Below are positions 45,266 to 54,623 of a DNA stretch of 64,000 nucleotides, piece after piece. The notes below the pieces were generated by a model that searched no databases, was not told the origin of the DNA, and was given only the letters and a program-made list of their open reading frames with translations. The stretch comes from a virus. Where the stretch lies: positions 133,198 through 197,197 of the IMG/VR virus record IMGVR_UViG_3300036761_001580. The stretch is one strand, 5' to 3'. The number at the start of each line of letters is the position of its first letter. Position 1 is the stretch's first letter. Both the position numbers and the translations under genes were made by a program.

Positions 45266-48001
45266 CTATTGAAATACGGCTTCGCCCTCAACCCGTTTCC
45301 CCGTCTCTTTGTCCCACATACCTCCTGCGATGGGGACAACCAGACCTCGGCCCTTTTTCCAACCAGATCCGCTTTCATGCCCACTACCTGTGGGGCGGTG
45401 GATGAACCTCGTAGCCCCCTTCGTCCAGTCTCCAGTACCCTTATCCCCACGAAGAATGCTACGCGCGAAGTCTATGGTCTCCGGATCCGGACGGGCTCCT
45501 GAAGCAAAATTCCTTCTGCCGGCCTTCCCGTACTTCTTGTTCCCAGCATCGCTCGCTCCCCAGCCCTTCTCGGCAGTAATGGCCTTCGCGAGCTTACCCC
45601 CTCCACCCTTTTTGAGGCCACCTACGCGGTTCAACGCAGTCCAAGCGATACCCAGCTGTTCCTTTCTACGGTCATCTCGGTACCTGCCGGACTCGCTCTG
45701 AATCATCCGTGCCAGAGCCTCCACGTCCTCACTGGTAAAAGAGCCCTCTTTGGACAATTGCATACTAGAGAACGTCCCTGGAGCGCCTCCGTAACCGCTG
45801 ATATTGGTGAAATCGAACCCGCACCGAGGACAATTTCCCGAGATGAGGATATTGATGCTCCCCTCGGCATCCACACTCTGCACCTGAAGATGCAAACCCC
45901 CGCCGACCCATTTGTCACCCCAGTCCTGAACAGAGCCCGCCTTGGTGCCCTTAGAACCCTTAGAGGACGAAGCTCCAGGAACAGGTCGAGGAGGTACGAT
46001 GTCCTGAGTGAAAGGAGACCCCTTCTCCAGATCAGCAGCAGGGATGTTGATACCCCCCAAGACCGGAGTACCGCCGCCTTTAGGAGATTTGGACAGAGAG
46101 CTAGACCCATACGGATCGTAGTCCCAAGCCTTCTTCAGGGCCTGCAACGAGGGCCCCATGATGTCACTCGCCATACCCTTGGCAGAGGCAATCATCTGGT
46201 CGAGGCCGCGTCCCATCTTTGCTTTGTTCTTCCCCTGGTTGCCCAGGAGGTTTTCAATATCTTGCGCCAGCTCACTTTGTGCCTTGGTGTTAAAAGTAAT
46301 GGCGTTGACAATGAACTGCGGCATGGCCTTGAGGTATGCAATAAGGTATGCCAAAGCGGTAATGACGTATCCCATCAACCCTTGACCAAAGTTAGCCAAA
46401 CCCTTCAACCACTTGTTCATCATGAGTTCGAACTTGCTTCTTTTCTCTGCCTCCGTATGAAACGAGTTCTTCAGAATGGTGATGTTATCCTTCGCTGCTT
46501 TCGCGGCTTGAACCATATTTCCTTCGCGAGCGTGCTTCCCAATAGTAGCAATCAAACGGGCCCCCTCAAACCCCAGGCCCATAGAGGCTTCCATGAAGTA
46601 CCGGGCTGCATCTTCATCTTCCCCAGTAGCCTTCATCGCCATGTCGTAAATGGTAGTCACAATGTGAACGACCTCATTTGTGTCCTCCCCATCAAGAACA
46701 CGCAAGAAGGCGTCCATCATCTTCTGTCTCGCTTCCAAGCCCTTCCCGTACCCCAAACGCTCTCCCAGGGCGACCTTCCAGTTGTCACCCATCTTTGCCA
46801 CGCCACCAGCGAACTGTTGAAGACCAACGGCCGCCTGCTTCCCGGCAAACTGCTTGGGCACCCCCATCTTCGAGAAGGCATCCGTAACGTGCACATAGAT
46901 GTCCACTACGTTATCAATATTATAGCCCATCCGAGCCAACTCGGAACTAGCGTCCTCGACGTTCTTCACAAACTGCATAGCACCCACACCAGAGTCCCGA
47001 CCGACCATGTACATGCGGAGAAGGGAATCCTTCGCCTCATCAGCCGTCTTCCCATAATCCGCCATCATGCCGACCATCCGCTTCGCGCTCTCCCCGCCCG
47101 GAAGTTCAAACATCTTATCCAAGGCAAGAGTCACCGTCACCGCGTTCGATTCCACATCCTTGAAGACTGACTTCATCGGAGACATCATCTGGGAGACGCT
47201 GAAGCCTCCGTCAACGAACGCCTGCGCGGTAGCCTGGATTTCTTCACGTTGGATGCCCAAGAATCTCTGGAAGGTTTCTTGAATCGCAGACAACCGGGAA
47301 GTACCTTTTGCGAGCGCTCCCTTGACGCCGTCATCGTATGCTGCAATGAGAATATTTTTCATCTCTCCCGACTGGGCACGAACACGGTCTCTATCCATGT
47401 ACCCGTAAGCCATGATGCCAATGAATCCCGCCACGATAGCCGCGGGCTTGGGTATCTTCAACTTCGACATCATTCCGCCGATCCTACCCTTGACAGTCCT
47501 CACTTCTGAGGTGAGGTATCTTCCGATAGGGCCGCGCTTTTTCTTCTTCCCCTTGGATCCTTTGGAAACGACCCCTCCTTGAGCCGTACCCCCTCCAAGG
47601 CCGCCCCCAACGCCCTCACCATCGTCACCCTCAGAGGGTGCAGTAGCCTCCGTCACCGCGGCCTCTGCCCTCTTGGAGAGGCTCTCAAAGCCCTGCTCGG
47701 CACCAGTTATCGCCCCCCGCATCCCCTCGAACACGGAATCGAACTCTGCTGAAAGACCGCTGAACTTACCTGCTATGGAACTGATGTACTCCTCGCTGGC
47801 TCCGATGGCTTTCGCGCCTTCCAGCAATCGAGGATCACCCGATATTTCGTCAATAGTTGCCTTGAAGCCCTCTCGCAAGCTGTCCAACAGCGAATCGAAG
47901 GACTCGGTGTTGGCACGAGACATATCTGTAATTGCAGCACCAAGATCCGTAAATCTGGTACGGGCCTCTTCGAGCTGCTGGATGTCAACCAATCCACTCA
48001 T
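45266..48001 (-). CDS. tape-measure-like protein, paralog 3 of 3, with C-terminal SleB/Hydrolase_2-like cell-wall hydrolase domain
   Basis: N-terminal coiled coil. TM-like segment AAIVAGFIGIMAYGYM followed by the conserved RVRAQSGEMKNIL box shared with the two upstream paralogs. C-terminus CPRCGFDF...EDVEALARMIQSESGRYRDDRRKEQLGIAWTALNRV resembles the SleB-type hydrolase core (LAR.I..E..GE....AV..V.NRV). Confidence 0.65.
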   Translation of the reverse strand: MSGLVDIQQLEEARTRFTDLGAAITDMSRANTESFDSLLDSLREGFKATIDEISGDPRLLEGAKAIGASEEYISSIAGKFSGLSAEFDSVFEGMRGAITGAEQGFESLSKRAEAAVTEATAPSEGDDGEGVGGGLGGGTAQGGVVSKGSKGKKKKRGPIGRYLTSEVRTVKGRIGGMMSKLKIPKPAAIVAGFIGIMAYGYMDRDRVRAQSGEMKNILIAAYDDGVKGALAKGTSRLSAIQETFQRFLGIQREEIQATAQAFVDGGFSVSQMMSPMKSVFKDVESNAVTVTLALDKMFELPGGESAKRMVGMMADYGKTADEAKDSLLRMYMVGRDSGVGAMQFVKNVEDASSELARMGYNIDNVVDIYVHVTDAFSKMGVPKQFAGKQAAVGLQQFAGGVAKMGDNWKVALGERLGYGKGLEARQKMMDAFLRVLDGEDTNEVVHIVTTIYDMAMKATGEDEDAARYFMEASMGLGFEGARLIATIGKHAREGNMVQAAKAAKDNITILKNSFHTEAEKRSKFELMMNKWLKGLANFGQGLMGYVITALAYLIAYLKAMPQFIVNAITFNTKAQSELAQDIENLLGNQGKNKAKMGRGLDQMIASAKGMASDIMGPSLQALKKAWDYDPYGSSSLSKSPKGGGTPVLGGINIPAADLEKGSPFTQDIVPPRPVPGASSSKGSKGTKAGSVQDWGDKWVGGGLHLQVQSVDAEGSINILISGNCPRCGFDFTNISGYGGAPGTFSSMQLSKEGSFTSEDVEALARMIQSESGRYRDDRRKEQLGIAWTALNRVGGLKKGGGGKLAKAITAEKGWGASDAGNKKYGKAGRRNFASGARPDPETIDFARSILRGDKGTGDWTKGATRFIHRPTGSGHESGSGWKKGRGLVVPIAGGMWDKETGKRVEGEAVFQ

Positions 48002-48002
48002 G

Positions 48003-50297
48003 CTATGGTGTCCCCATCCTTGGATTCAACGTCGGGTACTGCTCCACCTGAGACTGTAACACAGCATTTCCCAAATCTTCTGTAGATATTGGGGGCTGGG
48101 CCGGATTGATCACTGGGCCGGAAGAGGCCCCCACCGCAGGCTGTGCGGTGCGTTCTCGCGCTTTCGGATCATCCGCTCCTACGTTCCTGGTGACCAATAC
48201 ATTGGACAATGCGGTCGCCACTGCCCCGCCGAGAATACCCGTCGCGGAGACCAACTTGAAGTGCTTCTCCGCAGGTCCTTGCAGACCTGTCCCCTCCAGC
48301 AACTCCTCCTCATGACGAAATCTCTTCTCCTGTTCGGCTTCGGGATCTCCAAAAACACCACCCCACGAGTCCTTAGGATCGGTCTTCATCCCTCCAGGCA
48401 GTGGTGGCGGAGGGGGTGCCTTGGGATCCCAGCGCATAGCTCCAATAGCGGGAGCGAGAGAGTCCCCAAACTCCTTCCCTAAGGCCGTCAGAACTCCATC
48501 CGTACCCTTCAACATCAGGTCCCACCCATCGGCCATATTTTTAAAAACCTGACGATTCGCGTAATACATTTTCAACTTGAGTCCATAAGCAGTGCGGCCC
48601 CCCGAGCCCTCTTCACCCTGAATCATCATAGACTTCAATCCGAGTATGCAAGCCGCGATGAGAGAAACCAATATCGCCATAAGACCAACCCCGATGTTCG
48701 ACATGGAAGTAACCAGCTCACGACGGGTCTTAAACAACTCGGAAACCATCTTTCCTTCCGTAGTAAAGGCCTGCTTCAGATTAGCGCGAGCCTCCTTCGA
48801 CATACTTTCCAGGGTATCACCCTTCTCTAAGATCCCCAAGGTATCGACCAAGATCGCCGCCGAACGGTTACTCGTTCGTAGGTTCTGCTGCACGGCCAAG
48901 ATCGCCTTACTTCTTTCAGGAGTCGTTCTCTTAATAACCAGAGTCCCGTAAGAACGAATGAGAGACTCCAAAAAGCTCTCGTCCTTCCCGGAAGAAATCC
49001 TACGAAGACCGTCACTGAACCGAATAAGAAGCTCATGTGCATTCGATTCAGTATCTTTGAAAATGTCTCTCGCCAAGGCCACTTTCATTTGGTCATCCAT
49101 CTTCGTGAACGCCGTCATGAGGTCCACAGCGACCCCCTCCACCTCACGGCCGGCGTACTGGGACTCCAAGCCCATGCTCGCGTAGTGTCCTAACAACTTC
49201 TCCACGAAAGAACCAACGGTCTCTGCGTTGATGCCCATATTTGAGAGAGGATCCGCAGCAGCCATGACGATACGAGTAAAATTACTGACCCCTATGGAAC
49301 TCCGCTCTCCCGCAGCGGTCATCTTTACGGTCAGATCCGCCGCAGAGTTGAGTGACATCCCGTAATCACGAACTAGGGTTACGATGTTCTCCATCGATTC
49401 CGATGTAGAAAAGTTGTAATGTTTTCCCAACCCAAGAGAGAGGGTAATAACGTTGTGCCCTACACGCCCCAGACCCTTATCGTAGCGCCTCAAAGCGTCA
49501 GTAGCAGAAAATCCATTGTCTACCATCACCTTGGCAGCAGCCTGGACCTCTTTACGACCCACACCCCAGTACCACTGCGCCCGCTCACCCCAATTCGCAA
49601 ACCAACGAGTAGCCTTCCGTCCCGCAGCAGACATGACACTGTCTACACTGCCCTCGAAAATGTTAGCCATCTCCCCCATCTCGGCACGACGTCGATTATG
49701 CTCCGTGTATCCGAGAGCAATAGAACCTATAACAGCACCAAGAAATCCTGAAGAAAGCTGACCAGGGATGTTACTCAAGATACTCTTAATTTTGTCCTTG
49801 GTCTTCTTCATCTCCTTTTCAACAAACTCAATCAGCCTGGAAGTTCTCTTCTTATGCCTCTTGACCATCTCCTCGGCAGAGGTAACAGAAATGTAGATTC
49901 TGGATTCCGCACCATCGAGCTTCTGCTCTGCTTTCCGAGGATCTATTCCAGCTAAAGAAGACTCCTGAACCTGCTGCACCGCCGCCGATGCGGTGTCCGC
50001 AGCGCCAGCCCCCTCTTCGGAAGGTCCAATATTCTCAAAAACCCCTTTGAGGTCACCGACACTACGAACAGCACCATCAATAGCACCCTTGATGCGCTCA
50101 GCCTCCGCAGAAAAAGCAACAGCAGGAGAGGGCATAGAAGTAGGAACGGATGCAGACGCCAAGGAGCCCAGAGAGACCTTCATGTCACGGCCCAGGAGTT
50201 GTACTGCCGAGCCCAGGTCCGTGTACGTGCGGTGTACAGAATCAACCTGGTCACTCAGGTCCGCAAGATCCAGGTCTATCAAAAAAGAGTTCTCCAT
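48003..50297 (-). CDS. tape-measure-like protein, paralog 2 of 3 (764 aa)
   Basis: Shares the GFLGAVIGSIALGYTEHNRRRAEMGEMANI box, AQWYWGVGRKEVQAAAKVMVDNGF and HYASMGLESQYAG motifs with the flanking paralogs. Helical, with a second TM-like stretch (IGVGLMAILVSLIAACILGL). Confidence 0.65.
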   Translation of the reverse strand: MENSFLIDLDLADLSDQVDSVHRTYTDLGSAVQLLGRDMKVSLGSLASASVPTSMPSPAVAFSAEAERIKGAIDGAVRSVGDLKGVFENIGPSEEGAGAADTASAAVQQVQESSLAGIDPRKAEQKLDGAESRIYISVTSAEEMVKRHKKRTSRLIEFVEKEMKKTKDKIKSILSNIPGQLSSGFLGAVIGSIALGYTEHNRRRAEMGEMANIFEGSVDSVMSAAGRKATRWFANWGERAQWYWGVGRKEVQAAAKVMVDNGFSATDALRRYDKGLGRVGHNVITLSLGLGKHYNFSTSESMENIVTLVRDYGMSLNSAADLTVKMTAAGERSSIGVSNFTRIVMAAADPLSNMGINAETVGSFVEKLLGHYASMGLESQYAGREVEGVAVDLMTAFTKMDDQMKVALARDIFKDTESNAHELLIRFSDGLRRISSGKDESFLESLIRSYGTLVIKRTTPERSKAILAVQQNLRTSNRSAAILVDTLGILEKGDTLESMSKEARANLKQAFTTEGKMVSELFKTRRELVTSMSNIGVGLMAILVSLIAACILGLKSMMIQGEEGSGGRTAYGLKLKMYYANRQVFKNMADGWDLMLKGTDGVLTALGKEFGDSLAPAIGAMRWDPKAPPPPPLPGGMKTDPKDSWGGVFGDPEAEQEKRFRHEEELLEGTGLQGPAEKHFKLVSATGILGGAVATALSNVLVTRNVGADDPKARERTAQPAVGASSGPVINPAQPPISTEDLGNAVLQSQVEQYPTLNPRMGTP

Positions 50298-50304
50298 ATG
50301 TTCC

Positions 50305-52671
50305 CTAAGGAGGAGGTACCCTCTGCGCCTCCGCTTTGTTAGACGCTGTTTTTATAAGACCTCCATCAACCTTGGCATTCGCGCCACCAACATTCTCAGG
50401 CATCTCTGTCTGGTAGTCATCATACTCTGGTGAAGCATTTTCTTTAGCCCTACCCTTATACCGGGCCTTCTCAACAGCGGCGAGCTTATCGGGAAGATCC
50501 TCAGCCGCCACGGCAGCGTCCTCCCAGGAATCATGAGAATCCAGAATAGCTTGTTCCGGATTTTCATTAAGAGATCTCCCAAAAGAAGAAGAATTAAGAT
50601 CATACAACTTGCGAAGAAACCAAGCCTTCACATGTGCGTACCCTTGCGCTGCTTGTATATCTAGCTGCCTCTTGAACTCTTCATCCGTAAACATCTGCAA
50701 AAAGTCATCCTTCAGCTCTTTGAGAGCAGCTTTCGCCTCTGCTGCGGAGGTTATAGTCTTAACGCCACCCTCCGATGGAGCGTCCCATTTGAGGACATCA
50801 ATTATGGGTTGAAGATCATTCTTGAACTCCGTCTTCATCGCCGCAGCAGCATCTTTAAGACCAGTGTTGGCCGCATCAATGCCGGCACTCATACTATCGC
50901 CCAACTTGTCGTATTGAGCCCTAATATCCACAAGAAACTTTTTGTCGCCAGTGGGTAAGGCAGCGGCAATAATCTCCGGAAGATACTTGATGCTGAGTAC
51001 AATGGCCCCTACCAAACCTGCCAAGACCTTCAGGAGGCCCTGACCAATGGCAGAGATCGCATTAGTAAGATCTCTTGTCAGCTTCGCAAGATCAGAAATC
51101 TTCTCACTCTCAGTAGAAAGAGCATTTTTAATGAGCCCTTGCTGCTCAACAGAAAGCTCCGAGAGCTTGTTACCCTTCGCCAACTCGGTAGTCGCATCAT
51201 ACAAGCCGGCAGCTGTCCTGTTGTCACCGATCTTGGACTCTATGAGGCGAATCGCCTGCGCCCGGGTCTTGCCTCCTTGAGAGGCCCACTCCCTCAGAGA
51301 AAGAAGTGTCCGAGTAACGAAGTCCTCGCTGCCGGACTGACGCGCCCTCTTGAAGCCGTCCTCCCATTTCTGCCGAGCATCCACGCCTGTCAGCTCGGGG
51401 AACATCCTCTGAGCTATCATGGCTTTCATGGAAGGGTCCATCCCCGCAATCCCTTGTGAGATCCCGTTGATGAAATTAGTCGCCTGGTTTCCTGCGTACT
51501 GGGGGCTGAGACCCATCTTCTCGTAGTGCTTCTGGATGGTGCCCATGATTCCGGCAACCTCGGCCACGTCGACACCATACTGCTGCATGGCAGAAGCCCC
51601 GGAAATGATGGTATCTGTGAACTTGCTGATGCCCATGGCGCTCTTCTGACCGGCAAACGCGATTCTAGAATACTTGTCCGTCGCCTCCTGCAAGCTGTCT
51701 CCCAAGGACGTAGTAATCTTGGTGATGTTGCTGATAGAGGTCCCGGTATCCTGGTTGAAGTGTTTATCCAACGCGATGGACATGATACCGACATGCTGGC
51801 CCGCAGCACCCAGGGATGAATTGAACGTAGCCATGATCTCATGGGCCTTGTAACCGGCGTCGACCATGGCCTTCAGAACACCTTGAGTTTCCTCACGGGA
51901 GATGCCGTAGTACCACTGCGCAGTCTCCTGGAATTGGGAAAACCACGATGTTACCTTTCTAGACGCATCGGAAGATATAGCTTCTCCCGAAGCCTCAATA
52001 ACATTCAGCATCTCCCCTTTCTGTGCCTTGAGCCGGTCCCTCTCCGTAACCCCTAGAACCATCGCTGCAAGGAGCCCAGATACTACACCCCCACCCAGAA
52101 TCCCTCCAGGAACGTGGCTTGCGATCTCCTGCGCCTTGCCCGCAGCTGCTTCCAGCTCGGACTCCAAATACTTTTTGACACGGTTCACATCCTCTTCAGA
52201 CTTCTTATCCGTGTCAGCGACAACTCGAATAACGTTCTCAGCGTTCTCTTGGGCAATCTCAACGGAAGCACCTGCAAACGCAGCACCTTCCAGCATGACA
52301 ACCACCTGGCTCTGAGCCTGCTCCATCGCCGCCCCGGAGGAACCCGACGCCGGGCCCCCAGAAGCCTTCATCCGAGACACTTCACTGGCGATCTTAATGC
52401 CGTGCTGAGAAACGGTATTCAGCATCTCCGAAAAAGATCCAGTGCCCTCCTTTATGTGCTGGATGGAACGCTCCATCTGCGGATTCAACGAACCGATCAT
52501 CGTGGTGACGCTCGACGCCCGGGTCTGCAACGTGTTGAGATCCCCCGAAACCGCAGAAACAAGGGCCCGCAACGACCCGCCAAAAGCCGTGTAGGACTTA
52601 GTCGCCTCCGAGATCTGGTCTCGGAACTTGTCGAAGTCCCACCGCAACAAATATGATTCTACCTGAACCAT
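50305..52671 (-). CDS. tape-measure-like protein, paralog 1 of 3 (788 aa), in the canonical TMP position after the G/G-T chaperones
   Basis: Shared boxes GLLAAMVLGVTERDRLKAQKGEMLNVI, AQWYYGISREETQGVLKAMVDAGY and HYEKMGLSPQYAG. Immediately downstream of the frameshifted chaperone pair. Confidence 0.7.
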   Translation of the reverse strand: MVQVESYLLRWDFDKFRDQISEATKSYTAFGGSLRALVSAVSGDLNTLQTRASSVTTMIGSLNPQMERSIQHIKEGTGSFSEMLNTVSQHGIKIASEVSRMKASGGPASGSSGAAMEQAQSQVVVMLEGAAFAGASVEIAQENAENVIRVVADTDKKSEEDVNRVKKYLESELEAAAGKAQEIASHVPGGILGGGVVSGLLAAMVLGVTERDRLKAQKGEMLNVIEASGEAISSDASRKVTSWFSQFQETAQWYYGISREETQGVLKAMVDAGYKAHEIMATFNSSLGAAGQHVGIMSIALDKHFNQDTGTSISNITKITTSLGDSLQEATDKYSRIAFAGQKSAMGISKFTDTIISGASAMQQYGVDVAEVAGIMGTIQKHYEKMGLSPQYAGNQATNFINGISQGIAGMDPSMKAMIAQRMFPELTGVDARQKWEDGFKRARQSGSEDFVTRTLLSLREWASQGGKTRAQAIRLIESKIGDNRTAAGLYDATTELAKGNKLSELSVEQQGLIKNALSTESEKISDLAKLTRDLTNAISAIGQGLLKVLAGLVGAIVLSIKYLPEIIAAALPTGDKKFLVDIRAQYDKLGDSMSAGIDAANTGLKDAAAAMKTEFKNDLQPIIDVLKWDAPSEGGVKTITSAAEAKAALKELKDDFLQMFTDEEFKRQLDIQAAQGYAHVKAWFLRKLYDLNSSSFGRSLNENPEQAILDSHDSWEDAAVAAEDLPDKLAAVEKARYKGRAKENASPEYDDYQTEMPENVGGANAKVDGGLIKTASNKAEAQRVPPP

Positions 52672-52674
52672 GCT

Positions 52675-53957
52675 CTACTTCATCACATCCAGAGTCACCA
52701 CGGGACGATCATCTACCTTAGGAGTGGGCTTGCTCAGGCCTAGATCCACCTCTTCCAACTCCGGCGCTCCTTGAGGTTCAAGAACCTTCTTGCCATACTG
52801 GTTTTTTATATCTGAACGAACCCTCCCAATAGTTCTTGCACTCTTCTCCACAAGGGGATCATCTCCAAGATCATCCTTGGATAACACGAGGTTCTCCAAG
52901 AGCATCTGCGTGTCGCGTCCGCCCCAATTCATGGCCTTGAGGAGGTCTTCCGGAGCGTTTTCGAACTCAACATCCCCCTCGTCCTTCATGAACGCTTCCA
53001 GCGCCTCAGGAGTCAGCTCCGCGACTCCGGTATTAACAGTCACTCCGTCCTTGCGAGCAACATCAGCGACTTCCAGCTGCTGAAGAACTTCCTGCTGGTT
53101 GATGTACTCTTCCGTCCTACTTTTTATCGCTGCCAGGACATTATCGTTTCCGATAAGAAGCACGAGAGGCAGACACTCCTCATCCCCCGGAAGACGTAGC
53201 CTTCCAGTTCTTTCGTCTTCGACCGGAAGCAAGTTCAAACCCAGCATGGAGACCACTTGCTTCCTCACAGCCTCAGAAATAGTCCGGATGTCGTCATAGC
53301 GTTGCTTCTCCTGAAGGTTCATCGACTCCAGCTCAAAAATCCACTGGGTATCGTTCATTCCTTTCAGCCGAGGATCCCCTAACGGGATCATCCTCTTGGT
53401 CAGGACCTTCGCCTTGATCCTGAGCTTCGCTACTAGCCTTCTCCAGATGGGGTAGATTCGGTCCCAGTGGGCTTCTCGCCCTTCTCCGAACCCACCCCTG
53501 AGGATTTTTTTATGTTGCCCTGGGCGGCCTCCCTGCGTTCTTCCAGAGCCTTCCAGTATTTCCACAGGTCTTCCAGCATCTCCGGAGGCCTCGCGCCCAG
53601 CCACTCCATCATGTGCTCGGCAGAAAAATACTTCTGCGTGAAGGTGCCTTTGCTCTCCACAAGACGGAGAAGGTTCCGCCCCTCTTCGGTCTCCTCCCAT
53701 TGAGAACGGAAGAACTCGAAAATGGGGACACCATCGACCTCGCGAATACCGATAGAGAGCGTCGGGAGCCTCCAGGAGGTGACGGTGGACAACCCGCTGC
53801 CCATGTTGATGAAGCCATTCCTCCAGTTGGACTCCTCCTCGTTCAGAAGACGAATTCGGAATTTCCGGCCCTTCCAGGTAAACACCTCCTCCAGGCACTC
53901 ACCGTCGAGTTCCTTCGCGAGGTCGTCCAAGATTCTTTTCGGATTGTCCGTCGACAT
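52675..53957 (-). CDS. tail assembly chaperone G-T fusion product made by -1 programmed ribosomal frameshift at A_AAA_AAA (53511..53505)
   Basis: The G frame (53957..53433) and the -1 frame (track ORF ending at 52675) overlap by ~70 nt. The zero-frame codons read AAC ATA AAA AAA TCC, giving a classic X_XXY_YYZ heptamer A_AAA_AAA. After the slip the -1 frame reads KKILRGGFGEG...MIPLGDPRLKGMNDTQW.. through to the stop at 52675. The gene pair sits between the tube and tape-measure genes, as in nearly all long-tailed phages. Confidence 0.6.
53433..53957 (-). CDS. tail assembly chaperone (gpG-like), 174 aa
   Basis: Track ORF directly between the tube genes and the tape measure. Contains the slippery heptamer near its 3' end. 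Confidence 0.6.
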   Translation of the reverse strand: MSTDNPKRILDDLAKELDGECLEEVFTWKGRKFRIRLLNEEESNWRNGFINMGSGLSTVTSWRLPTLSIGIREVDGVPIFEFFRSQWEETEEGRNLLRLVESKGTFTQKYFSAEHMMEWLGARPPEMLEDLWKYWKALEERREAAQGNIKKSSGVGSEKGEKPTGTESTPSGEG

Positions 53958-54012
53958 GGCGCTTTCGCTCCCTTCTCCCGGGGTTTCCGGGGTGTTTTGT
54001 CGATGACGAACT

Positions 54013-54618
54013 CTACATCAACCGTCGCATCTTTACATACACTAAAGTGGCATTAACGAGTATTAAACGGTCTCCTTGGGCTTGCATTACCCGTCCGAGA
54101 CTCGTAAACCAGCAGCCCGTGTACCAATTCTTCTCAACCGTGACTTCCTGGCCCGCTCCGGCACGACCAATGTCGATCCCTTCAAGCTCGTTCGCAGTTC
54201 CAAGGCCCAAGGCCTTGCCGAACTTCTTCGATCCGATCTTATCCAACAACGAAGAAGTTGTGACCAACTCCATGCCCGGAATCAGAGGCTTTTCCTTCGT
54301 TCCGAACTTGATCCACTTCTCTTCGATATCGATAGGATTGTGCTGATCCGTCAAAGCCCACAACGGCTTCGGCATCCCCCAGATCTCTTCCATCTTCTGG
54401 GTGTAGAGATCATACCGAGTCACCTGGAGGGTCTGTGTGGTCGCCACTCCCGGGACGGCCTCAATGGGCGCTCCGGTCCCGACCGCATTGATCTCGAACT
54501 TGAGCTTAACGTCACGAGCCTGACTTGGGCTCCAATTCTGAATCCTCCCTATGGTCACGTCCGCTGCACGGAGCGTTATAGCATGACTTGTTCGGAGTTC
54601 AGTGCGTGGTACAGGCAT
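54013..54618 (-). CDS. tail tube protein, paralog B (201 aa)
   Basis: N-terminus MPVPRTELRTSHAITLRAADVTIGRIQNWSP.. and C-terminal GCWFTSLGRVMQAQGDRLILVNATLVYV are colinear with paralog A. Position after the sheath gene. Confidence 0.65.
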   Translation of the reverse strand: MPVPRTELRTSHAITLRAADVTIGRIQNWSPSQARDVKLKFEINAVGTGAPIEAVPGVATTQTLQVTRYDLYTQKMEEIWGMPKPLWALTDQHNPIDIEEKWIKFGTKEKPLIPGMELVTTSSLLDKIGSKKFGKALGLGTANELEGIDIGRAGAGQEVTVEKNWYTGCWFTSLGRVMQAQGDRLILVNATLVYVKMRRLM

Positions 54619-54623
54619 GGATC

